64,000 bases of DNA from an uncultured delta proteobacterium (GCA_963769935.1 CAVYNY010000011.1:32001-96000); one strand, 5' to 3'; shown: positions 37,896 through 48,513, numbered from the stretch's first letter. Numbers and translations are program-made. The notes: generated by a model from the sequence alone, not told the origin.

Positions 37896-39091
37896 TGTAC
37901 TTTTATGCGTTCTATTTCCGCGATCAGTTTCGGCAAAATAACTTGTGCATCGCCCACGATTCCCAGATCGGCGATTTTAAATATCGGGGCATCGGGGTCT
38001 TTGTTTATGGCAATGATTTTCTTCGATGAACTCATGCCGACTATGTGTTGAACGGCGCCGCTGATGCCGATGGCGATGTAGAGATCCGGTCCGACCGTGG
38101 TTCCGGATTGCCCGACTTGCAGGCTGTGGGGAATCCAGCCCAGCTCCACAATGGCACGTGAGCCGGCCAGAGCGCCTCCCAGTTTGCGGGCCAGCTTACG
38201 AACCGTGTCCAGGTTGACTTTATCCTGGCACCCGCGGCCCGCGGAAACAAGTATTTTCGCTTCGTCTATTTTTTCTTCTTCGGACTCCAGGCGGATTTCC
38301 TCTATCAGACGGGTGCGAATACTCGCCTTGTTCAGTGTTACCGGCACTTCTTCAATAATAACCGGCCGGCTTGGATCTGATTCGGCGGCCGCAAATACAT
38401 TGGGCCGCACGGTGGCGGTTTGGGGCCGCGTATAAGGTGAAATAATGGTGGCCATTATGTTGCCGCCAAAAGCCGGCCGGGTTTGGATCAGCTGACCCTG
38501 TTCATCAATTGCCAGTTCGGTGCAATCCGCTGTTAACCCCAGATGCATTCTTGCCGCAACCCGTGGGGCCAGATCGCGGCCGTTGGGTGTGGCGCCGTAG
38601 AGAAAGATAGATGGTTTTTCTTTGGCAATAATTGCGGCCAGGGTATTGGTGTAGCCGTCGCTGGTGTAGCGGCCCAGAAGCTCATGCCGGCAGCATAGCA
38701 CACGGTCGGCACCCTGATGACAGAGGCTTTCCATTCCGGCCAGGCGGTCGTTGCCGAGGACCACCGCACAGAGTTGTTCTCCAAGTTGATCGGCCATCCT
38801 GCGGCCCTGAGTCAGGATCTCATAGGCCACTTTCCTGGGAGTGTCCTGCGCACCCCGGGACTCATACTCGGCCCAGATAAAAACACCTTTGTACCGGGAA
38901 AGCTCTGCGGGGGATGCCTTGCGACGCTCAATCTCCAAGGCCGCCTGAGGGCACACATTGACGCAGGCACCGCACAGGGTGCATAGATCGTTGGTCTGAG
39001 CCACCCCATCTAAAACGGTAATGGCGCCGAACGGGCAGGACTTCACACATAAACCGCAGGCATTGCATTTTTCCCTGTCAATTTTCAGCAT
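37892..39091 (-). CDS. etfA: Electron transfer flavoprotein alpha subunit with N-terminal 2x[4Fe-4S] domain
   Basis: CNACGLCVKSCP and CTLCGACVNVCP; GLTADCT, RPAFGGN, QVGQSG, GISGAVQH. Confidence 0.95.
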   Translation of the reverse strand: MLKIDREKCNACGLCVKSCPFGAITVLDGVAQTNDLCTLCGACVNVCPQAALEIERRKASPAELSRYKGVFIWAEYESRGAQDTPRKVAYEILTQGRRMADQLGEQLCAVVLGNDRLAGMESLCHQGADRVLCCRHELLGRYTSDGYTNTLAAIIAKEKPSIFLYGATPNGRDLAPRVAARMHLGLTADCTELAIDEQGQLIQTRPAFGGNIMATIISPYTRPQTATVRPNVFAAAESDPSRPVIIEEVPVTLNKASIRTRLIEEIRLESEEEKIDEAKILVSAGRGCQDKVNLDTVRKLARKLGGALAGSRAIVELGWIPHSLQVGQSGTTVGPDLYIAIGISGAVQHIVGMSSSKKIIAINKDPDAPIFKIADLGIVGDAQVILPKLIAEIERIKVQ

Positions 39092-39888
39092 TAAATAAAC
39101 TTTCCCTCCCGCAAAAACGCCGCGATCTTTCGGGCGGCGACCTCCGGATCGATTCCCTCCAGCTTAATGCCGCCCTGTTTTTGCCGGGGGGCAAAGACTT
39201 TAACGACCTGGGTATATGATCCCGTGAGCCCCAGCTCCGCTTCATCAAGATCAAGGTCCGCGGCGGTAATGACGGATACGTCTTTCCGACGTGCCTCGAG
39301 GACATCCTGAAATGAAGGCACCCGTCGAATGGGGTCGCCTTTGGCGGCTGAAACCATCGCCGGCAGTCGTGCTTCAAGCACTTCGTAGCCGCTCTCGGTT
39401 TCCCGTTTCACCCGGATGCGCTTCTTGTTGGGTGTCAATTGCACCTCAACGCCATAGGTAATCTGCGGCAGGCCCAGTATTTCCGCAACCTCCGGTCCGA
39501 CCTGGGCGGTGTCGCCGTCGATGGCCTGCTTGCCCATCATGATCAGGCTAAAATCAGGTACGGCGGCCCTGACGGCGGCGGACAAGGTCAGCGCGGTGGC
39601 CCAGGTATCGGCGCCGGCAAATTTGCGGTCGCTGATCAACACCGCGCGATCGGCGCCCAGCTCGAGGCAGCGCAGAAGTGCGGATTTGGCCTGGGGCGGT
39701 CCCATGGTAATTGCAACAATTTCGATGTCCGGTGATTCAGTTTTCAGGTGCGCCGCGTGGTCCAGCGCATATTCACAAAAGGGATTGAGAATGGACGTAA
39801 TCCCCTCCCGGATCAGCGTGCCGGTTGCGGGATTTACTTTGACATCAGTTATTTCGGGAACCTGCTTTACGCACACCACGATTTTCAT
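39091..39888 (-). CDS. etfB: Electron transfer flavoprotein beta subunit
   Basis: CVKQVP, MGPPQA, DRKFAGADTWAT, GKQAIDGDTAQVG. Confidence 0.95.
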   Translation of the reverse strand: MKIVVCVKQVPEITDVKVNPATGTLIREGITSILNPFCEYALDHAAHLKTESPDIEIVAITMGPPQAKSALLRCLELGADRAVLISDRKFAGADTWATALTLSAAVRAAVPDFSLIMMGKQAIDGDTAQVGPEVAEILGLPQITYGVEVQLTPNKKRIRVKRETESGYEVLEARLPAMVSAAKGDPIRRVPSFQDVLEARRKDVSVITAADLDLDEAELGLTGSYTQVVKVFAPRQKQGGIKLEGIDPEVAARKIAAFLREGKFI

Positions 39889-39950
39889 AACACACCTAAA
39901 GTCAGCGCCTTCGTCCTAAGTCTTCGTTCAGTTCTATAAATTCGAGACAT

Positions 39951-41585
39951 TTAATCTCTAAAGATATTGCCGGGATTAAACAGGCATTCAGGGTCGAAAG
40001 CCAGTTTCACGGCCCGCATTTCCTCTATCTGGTCGGGGCGGTACATCAATTCGAGAAATTTTATTTTCATTTTGCCGATGCCGTGTTCGGCTGATACGGT
40101 ACCGCCGAATTCAATTGCTTTGGCGGCGAACTGCGCATAAAGTTTTAATCCTTTTTCGAGCTCGCTGCCGTTGCGGGGCAGGATATTGATGTGGATGTGA
40201 TTATTGCCGATGTGACCGATGGCGACCCACTGCAAATCGGCCTTATCCAGGGTGCTTTTATAGATCTGCCACATGTCGCGCAGGCGGTTGTCCGGGACGG
40301 CCAAATCCGTCCCAAGTTTGTGAAGTTCCGGATGCTGTTTTTTGCGCTCGGCGATGATGGCGTTGACCGTCTCCGGCAGAAGGTGGCGAAAAGCTTTAAG
40401 GCGCTGGAACTCACGGTTTTCATAGGCGGCCCAGGATTCTGATATGGACGCCCCGCAGTCTTTGATTATCTTCTCAAGGGCGGTGTAATCCAGACTGTCC
40501 GACAATGGCGCAAAACCAAACTCGAAAAAGAGAGCGGCGCCGGCCCAATCAGGGATCACCGGCATATCCACCGATTTGGGGTTCTGCAACTGCATCTGCC
40601 GCATAAGAGCCAAGGCATTGCCGGAATAAAATTCCAGAAAATCCAGCCGGACGCACTTTTCATTCCGCAAGGCATATACGAGATCGATCGCCTGCTCATC
40701 GGATTTGAGAAACTGGACCAGCGAAATTTTTTCTTTCCGCTTCAAAAGGGCTGCGGTCACCTCGGTGATGACGCCAAAGCTGCCTTCCGAGCCGATAAAC
40801 AAATCAATCAGGTCCATGTGAGGCGCCGTAAAAAAACCGGAGGTATTTTTGGTGCGCGGCCAGGGATAGGAAGGCAAACTGATTAGCGAGTCGTGGCCGC
40901 AGGAGTCATAAACCGTGAATTCTCCTCCGGCGGAGGCGAAATACTTGCCGCGTGGAATGCTTAGAATCTCGCCGCTGGCCAGCATCACCCGGAGCCCTCT
41001 CACCCAGTCACGGGTTGGGCCGTAGCGGTAGGTCCTTGCCCCGGATGCATTGGTGGCCGCCGTACCCCCCAGCGAGGCGCTCATCTCCGTCGGGTCCGGC
41101 GGATAGAAATAAACGGCGGGGTCTTCCTTGAAGCCGTGTAAAGCGTTCAATGCCGGCTGATCACCGCAGCGTTCGATATCCGGAAAATTCTTGGCGGTGA
41201 TCTGGGAATTCAGGCTGCGCAGGTTCACCGCGCACTGGGCTCGAACGCGCCACTCGTCAGCCGGCTTATCGTAGTAGACGGCCTGCACCCGATCAAAGTT
41301 TTCCAGGGATACCAGCGCCCCCTTGCGGGGAACACAGCCGCCGACCAGTCCGGTGCGAGCGCCGGCAATGGTGACATTGATCCTGCGGGCCGACATCTGC
41401 TTTAAGACGGCGGCCAGCTCGGCTTCGTCCGCCGGGAAAAAAAGGTAGTCAAAGGGTTCGGGCGACAATTTCGATTCATCCGTCAGATAAATCGGATATT
41501 CCCTGCTGATGTGCTCGAATCCGTCGACACGGCGAATTTTGTTATAGTCAGCCAGAGGTACGAGCTGGGTATAGATTTCATGCAT
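39951..41585 (-). CDS. FAD-linked oxidoreductase (D-lactate dehydrogenase/GlcD family)
   Basis: GARTGLVGG, YPPDPTE, GSEGSFGVIT, GHIGNNHIH, SAEHGIGK, NPG. Confidence 0.9.
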   Translation of the reverse strand: MHEIYTQLVPLADYNKIRRVDGFEHISREYPIYLTDESKLSPEPFDYLFFPADEAELAAVLKQMSARRINVTIAGARTGLVGGCVPRKGALVSLENFDRVQAVYYDKPADEWRVRAQCAVNLRSLNSQITAKNFPDIERCGDQPALNALHGFKEDPAVYFYPPDPTEMSASLGGTAATNASGARTYRYGPTRDWVRGLRVMLASGEILSIPRGKYFASAGGEFTVYDSCGHDSLISLPSYPWPRTKNTSGFFTAPHMDLIDLFIGSEGSFGVITEVTAALLKRKEKISLVQFLKSDEQAIDLVYALRNEKCVRLDFLEFYSGNALALMRQMQLQNPKSVDMPVIPDWAGAALFFEFGFAPLSDSLDYTALEKIIKDCGASISESWAAYENREFQRLKAFRHLLPETVNAIIAERKKQHPELHKLGTDLAVPDNRLRDMWQIYKSTLDKADLQWVAIGHIGNNHIHINILPRNGSELEKGLKLYAQFAAKAIEFGGTVSAEHGIGKMKIKFLELMYRPDQIEEMRAVKLAFDPECLFNPGNIFRD

Positions 41586-41646
41586 GTTGAAAAAAAATAA
41601 TGCCTAAAATGTCTAAAATGCCTAAAGTGCCTAAAATTAAGGTATT

Positions 41647-42750
41647 CTATCTATTTTGCCTTGCTTCGGTCACGCAGTAGATGCCTTCGCCTTTTTGGGC
41701 CGGTCCGAAGCACAGGTTGTCCGAATCACAGGCCGATTTCCTGAGATCACCGGACTTCCAGCGGTTGATCAGAGCCGGTTCCCGGATCAGCGGCCGGCAC
41801 ATGGAAACATAATCGGCCGGACCTTTATCCACCAGGTGTTCGGCAACCTGAAAGGAGCGGGTGCCCCCCACCAGAATCAGCGGAACCTGGATATTTTTCT
41901 TAAAAACGCCGGCTTCATTTCGGAAATAGGCCTCCTGATCGTCGGATTTGATGCCCACCCGCGCGGGTCCCAGCCTGCCGGCGACACGATTGCCGCCGCT
42001 GATTTCAATGGCATCCACTCCCGCCTCCGCCAGCAGGCTGCCGGCCTGGGCCGAGTCCTCCAGGCTCAGGCCATTTTCGTGAAAATCCCGGCAATTCATT
42101 TTGACCAGGACCGGGTAATCTTCACCGGCGGTTGCTCTGACGGCGCGTGCCACCTCCAGCAATGCTCTGGCCCGGTTTTGGATGGAACCGCCGTAGGCAT
42201 CCGTGCGTCGGTTGAAATAGGGCGAGAGAAACTGGCTGAGCAGATAGCCGTGGGCGGCATGGATCTGAACTCCGTCAAAACCTGCTTGTCGGGCTCTTTC
42301 AGCCCCGGCGCCAAAAGCGGCGGCCACTTTTTGAATATCGCCGGCGGTCATTTCCGCATGGGGGAATTCATACACACCAGCCAGATTCGACGGTGCCAGA
42401 GGGGTCATCCCCGTCAAATCTGAAGCGGCAAAAATTCCGGCATGGGCCAGCTGCATAACGATTTTGCCGCCGTTTTCGTGGACCGCCGTCGTCATGGCCT
42501 GCAATTGCGGGATCAGTGCGTCCTGGTAAACGCCTAATTGTTTGGTTCCGGCTTTACCCTCCGGGCTGACATAAGTATGGCCGCTGATGATCAAGCCTAC
42601 CCCGCCGGCGGCAAGCCCGGCCATCAGATCGGTTAATCTGGATGTGCATTCGCCGGAATCGGTTGCCATAGCCTCCCAGGTGGCTGATCGCACGAACCGG
42701 TTTGCAAGCTGAAGACCGTTAATTTCACTGGGTTCAAACATGATGCTCAT
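41647..42750 (-). CDS. NADH:flavin oxidoreductase (old yellow enzyme family)
   Basis: NRFVRSATWE, QLAHAG, HAAHGYLLSQFLSP..NRRTDAYGG, CRPLIREP. Confidence 0.92.
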   Translation of the reverse strand: MSIMFEPSEINGLQLANRFVRSATWEAMATDSGECTSRLTDLMAGLAAGGVGLIISGHTYVSPEGKAGTKQLGVYQDALIPQLQAMTTAVHENGGKIVMQLAHAGIFAASDLTGMTPLAPSNLAGVYEFPHAEMTAGDIQKVAAAFGAGAERARQAGFDGVQIHAAHGYLLSQFLSPYFNRRTDAYGGSIQNRARALLEVARAVRATAGEDYPVLVKMNCRDFHENGLSLEDSAQAGSLLAEAGVDAIEISGGNRVAGRLGPARVGIKSDDQEAYFRNEAGVFKKNIQVPLILVGGTRSFQVAEHLVDKGPADYVSMCRPLIREPALINRWKSGDLRKSACDSDNLCFGPAQKGEGIYCVTEARQNR

Positions 42751-43139
42751 GGGTTTTTGTTTCCTTGACGCCAGAATCGCGCCTTTCAAGAGTTTACACC
42801 AGCCTCAATATTACCCTTTTAGGGGGCCGTTCCTAAACCTATCCTCATTTCAAGCAAAAATGTCAATAGGAATCCTCGGCGCGGCGCATTCTGGGCCGTT
42901 GAAGGGTGCCGTTCGTTAAGGTTTGCGGTCGACGGTGGGCGGTGCCGGATGCCTGTTCGGCAACCAACAATTTAATCAGGCATTGTTCGATTTGGAGCTT
43001 GATAACTTTTGAAAAAAGCAATATGAAATGCTATCCGGTCGGATTCTTCTTTGAGTGCTGACCGACCCCAATCCGGACAGGTTCCGGAGCCAATATAAAC
43101 CCCCAAATGCCGCTAGTTTTCAAGCGGGGGAGGTTCATT

Positions 43140-44576
43140 ATGAAGATGCTCATAGACAGCCAGTGGGTTGAGGCCTCCAACGGGCAATATTTTGATGTCT
43201 TTAATCCGGCCACGGGGGCAATCGTCGATCGCGTTCCTCAGGCAACCATCGAAGATGCCCGGCTGGCATTGGATGCCGCCCAGCGCGGCAAGGAGAACAT
43301 GAAAAAGCTGCCGGCCCACGAACGTTCGGCCATATTGGAACGAGTCGCCCGGGCCATGACGGATCAGAGTGAAGAACTCAGCCGGCTGCTGGCGCAGGAA
43401 AACGGCAAGCCCATTCAGCAGACCCGTGAAGAGTTGGCGGCTGCCATTCGCATTTTTAAAGGATTTGCCGAGGAGGCCAAGCGGATTTTCAGTCGGACGG
43501 TGCCGCTGGATGCCGTACCGGGCGCCGAAAGGCATTTTGCCGTTACGATTCGCCAGCCCTTGGGAGTCGTGTTTGCGGTGGTGCCTTTCAATTATCCGGT
43601 TGAACTCTATGCTCATAAAGGCGCGGCGGCTTTAGCAGCCGGCAATGCAGTCATTGCCAAACCGCCCAGCGACTGCCCCTTAACCTTATTAAAAATTGCC
43701 GAAATTATGGAGACGGCCGGTCTGCCCCGCGCCGCCCATCAGATGATTACCGGGCCCGGCGAGCGGATCGGAGAATTTTTCGTCAAAGCCCCCGGCATTC
43801 AAATGGTAACCGTTACCGGCAGCACCGCCGCAGGAATCAGAATTTCAAAATTGGCGGCTGAAACCCTGAAGAAAGTTCACCTCGAGCTGGGCGGCAACGA
43901 TGCCACCATCATCTGTGAAGATGCCGATTTGGAAAAAGCAGCCGATGCCGTAATTTTGGGTCGTCTGGCCCGGGGCAACGGACAGATCTGTTGTGCCGTC
44001 AAAAGGGTCTTCGTAGATGCCGGTGTGCTCGATGACCTGGCTGAAATACTGACCCGCAAAACAAAAACGTTAAAAATGGGCGATCCGCTCGATGAAGCCA
44101 CCGATGTCGGACCCCTGATCAACGAAAAGGCCGCTCGGCAGGTCGAGGAAGTGATAAACGACGCCGCCCGGTCGGGCGCGAAAATATGGACCGGGGGCAA
44201 GCGCGACAGGGCTTTTGTCGAGCCGACCGTTCTAACGGGTGTTCCTCCTGAAGCCAAACTGTTCCGTGAAGAAACCTTCGGGCCGGTGGTGCCCCTGGTT
44301 CCGTTTGAAACGGTCGATGACGCTGTGAAAATGGCCAATGACAGCCCTTATGGGTTGCAAGCCGCCGTTTTTACCAATGATATTTCCCGCGCCCTGGATC
44401 TGGCCCACAGGCTTGAAGTGGGCGGGGTCATCGTTAATTGGTCCTCCGCCGTCAGGATCGAGAGCCTGCCCTTTGGCGGCATCAAGTTCAGCGGCCACGG
44501 CCGCGAGGGGCTGCATGATACGCTCAACGAGATGACGGAACAAAAAACGATTCTGATACACAACGCCTTATCGTAA
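43140..44576 (+). CDS. NAD-dependent aldehyde dehydrogenase (lactaldehyde DH-like)
   Basis: PFNYP, TGST, LELGGND, GQICC, EETFGP, PFGGIK.SG.GREG. Confidence 0.93.
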   Translation: MKMLIDSQWVEASNGQYFDVFNPATGAIVDRVPQATIEDARLALDAAQRGKENMKKLPAHERSAILERVARAMTDQSEELSRLLAQENGKPIQQTREELAAAIRIFKGFAEEAKRIFSRTVPLDAVPGAERHFAVTIRQPLGVVFAVVPFNYPVELYAHKGAAALAAGNAVIAKPPSDCPLTLLKIAEIMETAGLPRAAHQMITGPGERIGEFFVKAPGIQMVTVTGSTAAGIRISKLAAETLKKVHLELGGNDATIICEDADLEKAADAVILGRLARGNGQICCAVKRVFVDAGVLDDLAEILTRKTKTLKMGDPLDEATDVGPLINEKAARQVEEVINDAARSGAKIWTGGKRDRAFVEPTVLTGVPPEAKLFREETFGPVVPLVPFETVDDAVKMANDSPYGLQAAVFTNDISRALDLAHRLEVGGVIVNWSSAVRIESLPFGGIKFSGHGREGLHDTLNEMTEQKTILIHNALS

Positions 44577-44602
44577 TCACCTCTGGTAAAGCGGTCGCAT
44601 CC

Positions 44603-46111
44603 ATGGAAAATCCTGAATTTTTGCAGATGCGGGGAATACGAAAGAGCTACGACGGTACTCAGGCTCTTAAAGCCGTGGATTTTTCGGCCGCTGCAGGAGA
44701 AGTGCACGCCATTGTCGGCGAAAATGGGGCCGGCAAGTCGACCTTGATGAAAATTCTGGCCGGCGCCGTTCAGCCGGATGCCGGAAATTTTATCCTGGAC
44801 GGGCAGCCTATCCGGCCCCGTTCACCCCACCATGCGTTCGGGTTGGGCATCAGTACGGTGTATCAGGAATTCAGCCTCGTTCCGCATTTAAACGTCACGG
44901 AAAATATCCTGATGGGCCAAATGCCTACGGGCCGGTTAAAATGGTGGGTGGACTGGCCGCGGGCGCATCAGCGGGCGCAGGATATTTTTCAGTACCTCGA
45001 CTTTGCCGGAATTGATGTGCGGTCGCCCACGTCCAGCCTCAGCGTTTCCCACCAGCAAATGGTGGAAATTGCCAAGGCCGTCGCCCGGCAGCCCCGAATT
45101 TTAATTCTTGATGAACCATCGGCCGCCCTTTCCCGGGAGGAATTGAGGCGCCTTTTCGCCGTCATTCAAAGACTTAAAGGTGAATCCACCCTGATCCTCT
45201 ACATTTCTCACCGGCTCGATGAAGTATTTGAAATTGCCGATCGGATCACGGTCCTCAAAGACGGCGAAACCGTCGGGACGGTGCTGCCGGCGGAAACCAC
45301 TGAAAATCAGCTGATTAAAATGATGGTCGGCCGCCCCCTCGAGGCGATTTATCCCCAAAGAAAGACCCGGCCCGCTGAGACGGTGTTGGAAGTGGAACGT
45401 TTAACTCAGGCGGAGGGCTTTGCGGATGTATCATTTGCAGTGGCCCGCGGCGAAATCCTGGGTTTTTTCGGCCTGGTCGGCAGCGGCCGCTCCGCGGTTG
45501 CCCGCTGCCTTTTTGCAGCCGCGCGGCCGACTGCCGGCAGCATTCGAATGCAAGGCCGGCTGATTAAACCACGAACGCCCAATGATGCCGTCAAAGCAGG
45601 CATCGCGCTGTTAACCGAGGACCGCAAACGGGACGGTTTGGTCATGAGCTGCTCCATCTCGGACAATGCCTGCCTTGCAACCCTGGACAGCGTCAGCCGA
45701 TTTAAATTCATTAATCTCGGACAGCAGGAAAAAGCAGTTGAATCCAAGGTCCGGGAGCTATCCATCCGTCCGGCACGGATTACTAGACTGGTTCGGGAGC
45801 TTAGCGGAGGCAATCAGCAAAAAGTGGTCCTCGCCAAATGGCTTCTCGCCCGGGCCAAAGTGCTGATTCTGGATGAGCCGACGCGGGGGGTGGATGTGGC
45901 GACCAAAGTTGAGATCTATCATCTCATCGGCAAACTTGCCGACGGGGGCGCGGCCATCATCCTGATTTCCTCGGAGCTGCCTGAAATATTGGGCATGAGC
46001 AACCGTGTGCTGGTTATGCGAGCGGGACGCATCGTCGGTGAATTTACCCAGGAGCAGGCCGGGGAGGAAAATTTGCTGGCCTGTGCCGCCGGCGTCGATG
46101 TTAATAAATAG
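44603..46111 (+). CDS. Sugar (CUT2) ABC transporter ATP-binding protein
   Basis: GENGAGKST, two NBDs, LSGGNQQK, DEPTRGVDV. Confidence 0.94.
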   Translation: MENPEFLQMRGIRKSYDGTQALKAVDFSAAAGEVHAIVGENGAGKSTLMKILAGAVQPDAGNFILDGQPIRPRSPHHAFGLGISTVYQEFSLVPHLNVTENILMGQMPTGRLKWWVDWPRAHQRAQDIFQYLDFAGIDVRSPTSSLSVSHQQMVEIAKAVARQPRILILDEPSAALSREELRRLFAVIQRLKGESTLILYISHRLDEVFEIADRITVLKDGETVGTVLPAETTENQLIKMMVGRPLEAIYPQRKTRPAETVLEVERLTQAEGFADVSFAVARGEILGFFGLVGSGRSAVARCLFAAARPTAGSIRMQGRLIKPRTPNDAVKAGIALLTEDRKRDGLVMSCSISDNACLATLDSVSRFKFINLGQQEKAVESKVRELSIRPARITRLVRELSGGNQQKVVLAKWLLARAKVLILDEPTRGVDVATKVEIYHLIGKLADGGAAIILISSELPEILGMSNRVLVMRAGRIVGEFTQEQAGEENLLACAAGVDVNK

Positions 46112-46183
46112 CCGGCGTCAATCCTTGCGCCTATGGTCATTCTTAATAGTTATTTCTTTGCATTTTAAAAAAGGATTTTTTCA

Positions 46184-46299
46184 TCAAGAAAACACGAAAT
46201 TTAGAAAGCACGAAATTTATCTTTTATCTTTTTCGTGTTTTCGTCCTTTCGCGCTTTCGTGATTAATTTCTTTTTCGGCTCCGGCTTGTCCCGGTTAGG
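46184..46299. repeat. Family A element copy 3, ending in TCCGGCTTGTCCCGGTTAGG
   Basis: gaaaacacgaaatttagaaagcacgaaatt..ttttcgtgttttcgtcctttcgcgctttcgtgatt; sits inside the ABC operon. Confidence 0.85.
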
Positions 46300-46307
46300 A
46301 AAGAAGA

Positions 46308-47270
46308 ATGCAAAATCCGGCAGTAAAAACGGTTGGGAGACGGCAGGACAGGAAGTGGAAATTTCATGTGGCCGATTATGGGTTTATCGCGGCGTTTTTC
46401 GTATTGCTGCTCATTGCCACCACCATGACGGATTACTTCTTTACCCAGCGCAATCTGAGCAATCTTTTCCGACAGATAGTGACCAACGGCCTGCTCAGTT
46501 TCGGCCAGCTCATTGTGATACTCAGCGGCGGCATCGATCTGTCAATCGGTCCGATTGTGGCCTTGGCCGGAATTATGGCGGCCGGCTTGCAGACCTATAT
46601 GTGGTTTCCCTTGGCGATCATCGTCGCCCTGGCGGTCGGCATGACCGTGGGGGCCGTCAACGGTTTCTTGATTGCCCGTTTCAAACTGCAGCCTTTCATC
46701 GTCACCCTGGCCACCATGGGTGCCATTCGGGGAATCGTTTATGTTTACTCGGAAACCCCGAAAGTCCCGGTAGATCCGGCGTTTCGTTCTCTGCTGGGAG
46801 GCGGTTTCATTGGGCCGCTGCCGGTTCCGGCCCTCATTTTAATCGGCTTTTTTCCATTGGTCTGGATATTTCTCAAACGCACCACCCCGGGGCGGGCGAT
46901 TGTGGCCATCGGGGGAAACGAAGAAACCGTCAGATTGGCCGGCATCAACGTCAAGGCGCATATCATGCTGGCATATATCAGTTCGGGTTTCTTTGCCGGC
47001 ATTGCCGGGGTGCTGCTGGCCTCGCGGCTCGGAATAGCGCAGCCCAGCGTCGGCGTTGGGTATGAGCTGGATGCGATTGCCGCGGTTGTCATTGGGGGCG
47101 GCATCCTCGGCGGCGGCGGCGGCGGCGCGGTCGGCACCCTGGGCGGTGTTCTCGCTTTGGGCTTAATCGACAATTTACTGAACCTTTTCAATGTCCAGTC
47201 TTATTACCAGCAGATATTAAAGGGTCTTATTATCCTGTTTGCCGTGTTGATGCGCAGAAAGGAAAAATAG
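46308..47270 (+). CDS. Sugar ABC permease (RbsC-like)
   Basis: GGIDLS, PFIVTLA, AIGGNEE..RLAGI, YELDAIAAVVIGG. Confidence 0.94.
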   Translation: MQNPAVKTVGRRQDRKWKFHVADYGFIAAFFVLLLIATTMTDYFFTQRNLSNLFRQIVTNGLLSFGQLIVILSGGIDLSIGPIVALAGIMAAGLQTYMWFPLAIIVALAVGMTVGAVNGFLIARFKLQPFIVTLATMGAIRGIVYVYSETPKVPVDPAFRSLLGGGFIGPLPVPALILIGFFPLVWIFLKRTTPGRAIVAIGGNEETVRLAGINVKAHIMLAYISSGFFAGIAGVLLASRLGIAQPSVGVGYELDAIAAVVIGGGILGGGGGGAVGTLGGVLALGLIDNLLNLFNVQSYYQQILKGLIILFAVLMRRKEK

Positions 47271-47368
47271 AAAGGAGGGCTGAATCGAATACGCGGCTTG
47301 ATTCAACGAACTCACGTAGCCACTCATCGGCAGGAACATTGGCATCATAAAAAAAAGGAGGGAAAATC

Positions 47369-48322
47369 ATGAAGTTAAAACCAGTTTTAACATTGTTAGT
47401 GGTTGGCATTGTCATAGCAGGCTTTTGCCTGCCCGCAGCCGCCGCCGAAAAAGAAATCCGTCTTGGCATGGTTAATTTCTCACTATGCTGTCCCTATTTT
47501 ATCGGCATGTCAAAAGCGGTGGAAGAGGAAGCGGCCGTCTATCCCAACATTAAGCTTTTTATTACCGATGCGAATGGCGATGCGGCTAAGTTGACGTCCG
47601 ATGTTGAAGATGTTCTGGCCCGCAATGTAGACGGCATCATTCTCAGCGGTGCCTGGCTGGAAGCGGCGCCGGCGGCCCTGGATGCCATCAAAAAAGCCGG
47701 TGTTCCGGTGGTCATGGTCGACCGGTTTCTGAAGGGCGGTCCCTATACCAGTTGGGTCGGCCCCGATAACTATACCATCGGTGTCCAGGACGGTAAGTAC
47801 ATTTCCGACAGGCTGGGCGGCAAGGGAGTGCTGGTCGTGCTGCGCGGCGGTCCGGCCGACAATTCCATCGGGCTTGACCGCACCAACGGGATGCTTTCAG
47901 TGGTCGAAAAAAGCAGTATCGAAGTTGATAAGGCGCCTAACTTCGGCGGCTGGAGCTCTGACGGCGGATTCAAACTCATGGAAGACATGCTGGCCCGCTA
48001 TCATAAAATTGACGCCGTCTTCTGCGAAAACGACTCCATGTGTCTGGGCGCTCAAAAAGCGATCGCCGATGCCGGCCGGAGCCAGGAAATTTTTCTGGTT
48101 GGCGTGGATGGTGAAAAAGCGGCCCTGGAAAATATTATGAAACCGGGCAGCAACTATGCCGCCACGGGGATGAACAATTCCGATCAAATCGGACGGGCGG
48201 CGTTTCATCGGATGATGGCCATTTTGGCCGGTGCAAAAGCACCCGAAAAGACCGTTTTGCCTTCGCCGATCATCACCAAGGAAAATGTCGACAAATACTA
48301 CAATCCCAATAGTGTGTTCTAG
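47369..48322 (+). CDS. Sugar ABC substrate-binding protein (RbsB-like)
   Basis: Signal peptide, PVVMVDR, DNY..G, NDSM.LGA, GVDG. Confidence 0.92.
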   Translation: MKLKPVLTLLVVGIVIAGFCLPAAAAEKEIRLGMVNFSLCCPYFIGMSKAVEEEAAVYPNIKLFITDANGDAAKLTSDVEDVLARNVDGIILSGAWLEAAPAALDAIKKAGVPVVMVDRFLKGGPYTSWVGPDNYTIGVQDGKYISDRLGGKGVLVVLRGGPADNSIGLDRTNGMLSVVEKSSIEVDKAPNFGGWSSDGGFKLMEDMLARYHKIDAVFCENDSMCLGAQKAIADAGRSQEIFLVGVDGEKAALENIMKPGSNYAATGMNNSDQIGRAAFHRMMAILAGAKAPEKTVLPSPIITKENVDKYYNPNSVF

Positions 48323-48340
48323 ACAAAATATCATCAGACA

Positions 48341-48372
48341 GTTCCCCCGGATTTTACGTAATCTGGGGGAAC
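48341..48372. terminator. Strong hairpin after the sugar SBP gene
   Basis: GTTCCCCCGGAT-8 nt-ATCTGGGGGAAC, 12-bp stem with one GU. Confidence 0.55.
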
Positions 48373-48513
48373 CCGCCTAATTCGGAATTGAAAATTGAAG
48401 ATTGTAAATTGAACATTTGTGGATGTCGCGTTGCCCCGTCCATTTAAAAAATCGAAAGGATACCTTAAATATTCAATCGCTACAGGATCCGGTTCGGGCC
48501 GGTTTTGGGGAAT

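Noticed and set aside
47095..47130. GGC run (poly-Gly) in the sugar permease as a contingency locus
   Set aside because: In-frame triplets within the conserved Gly-rich RbsC motif
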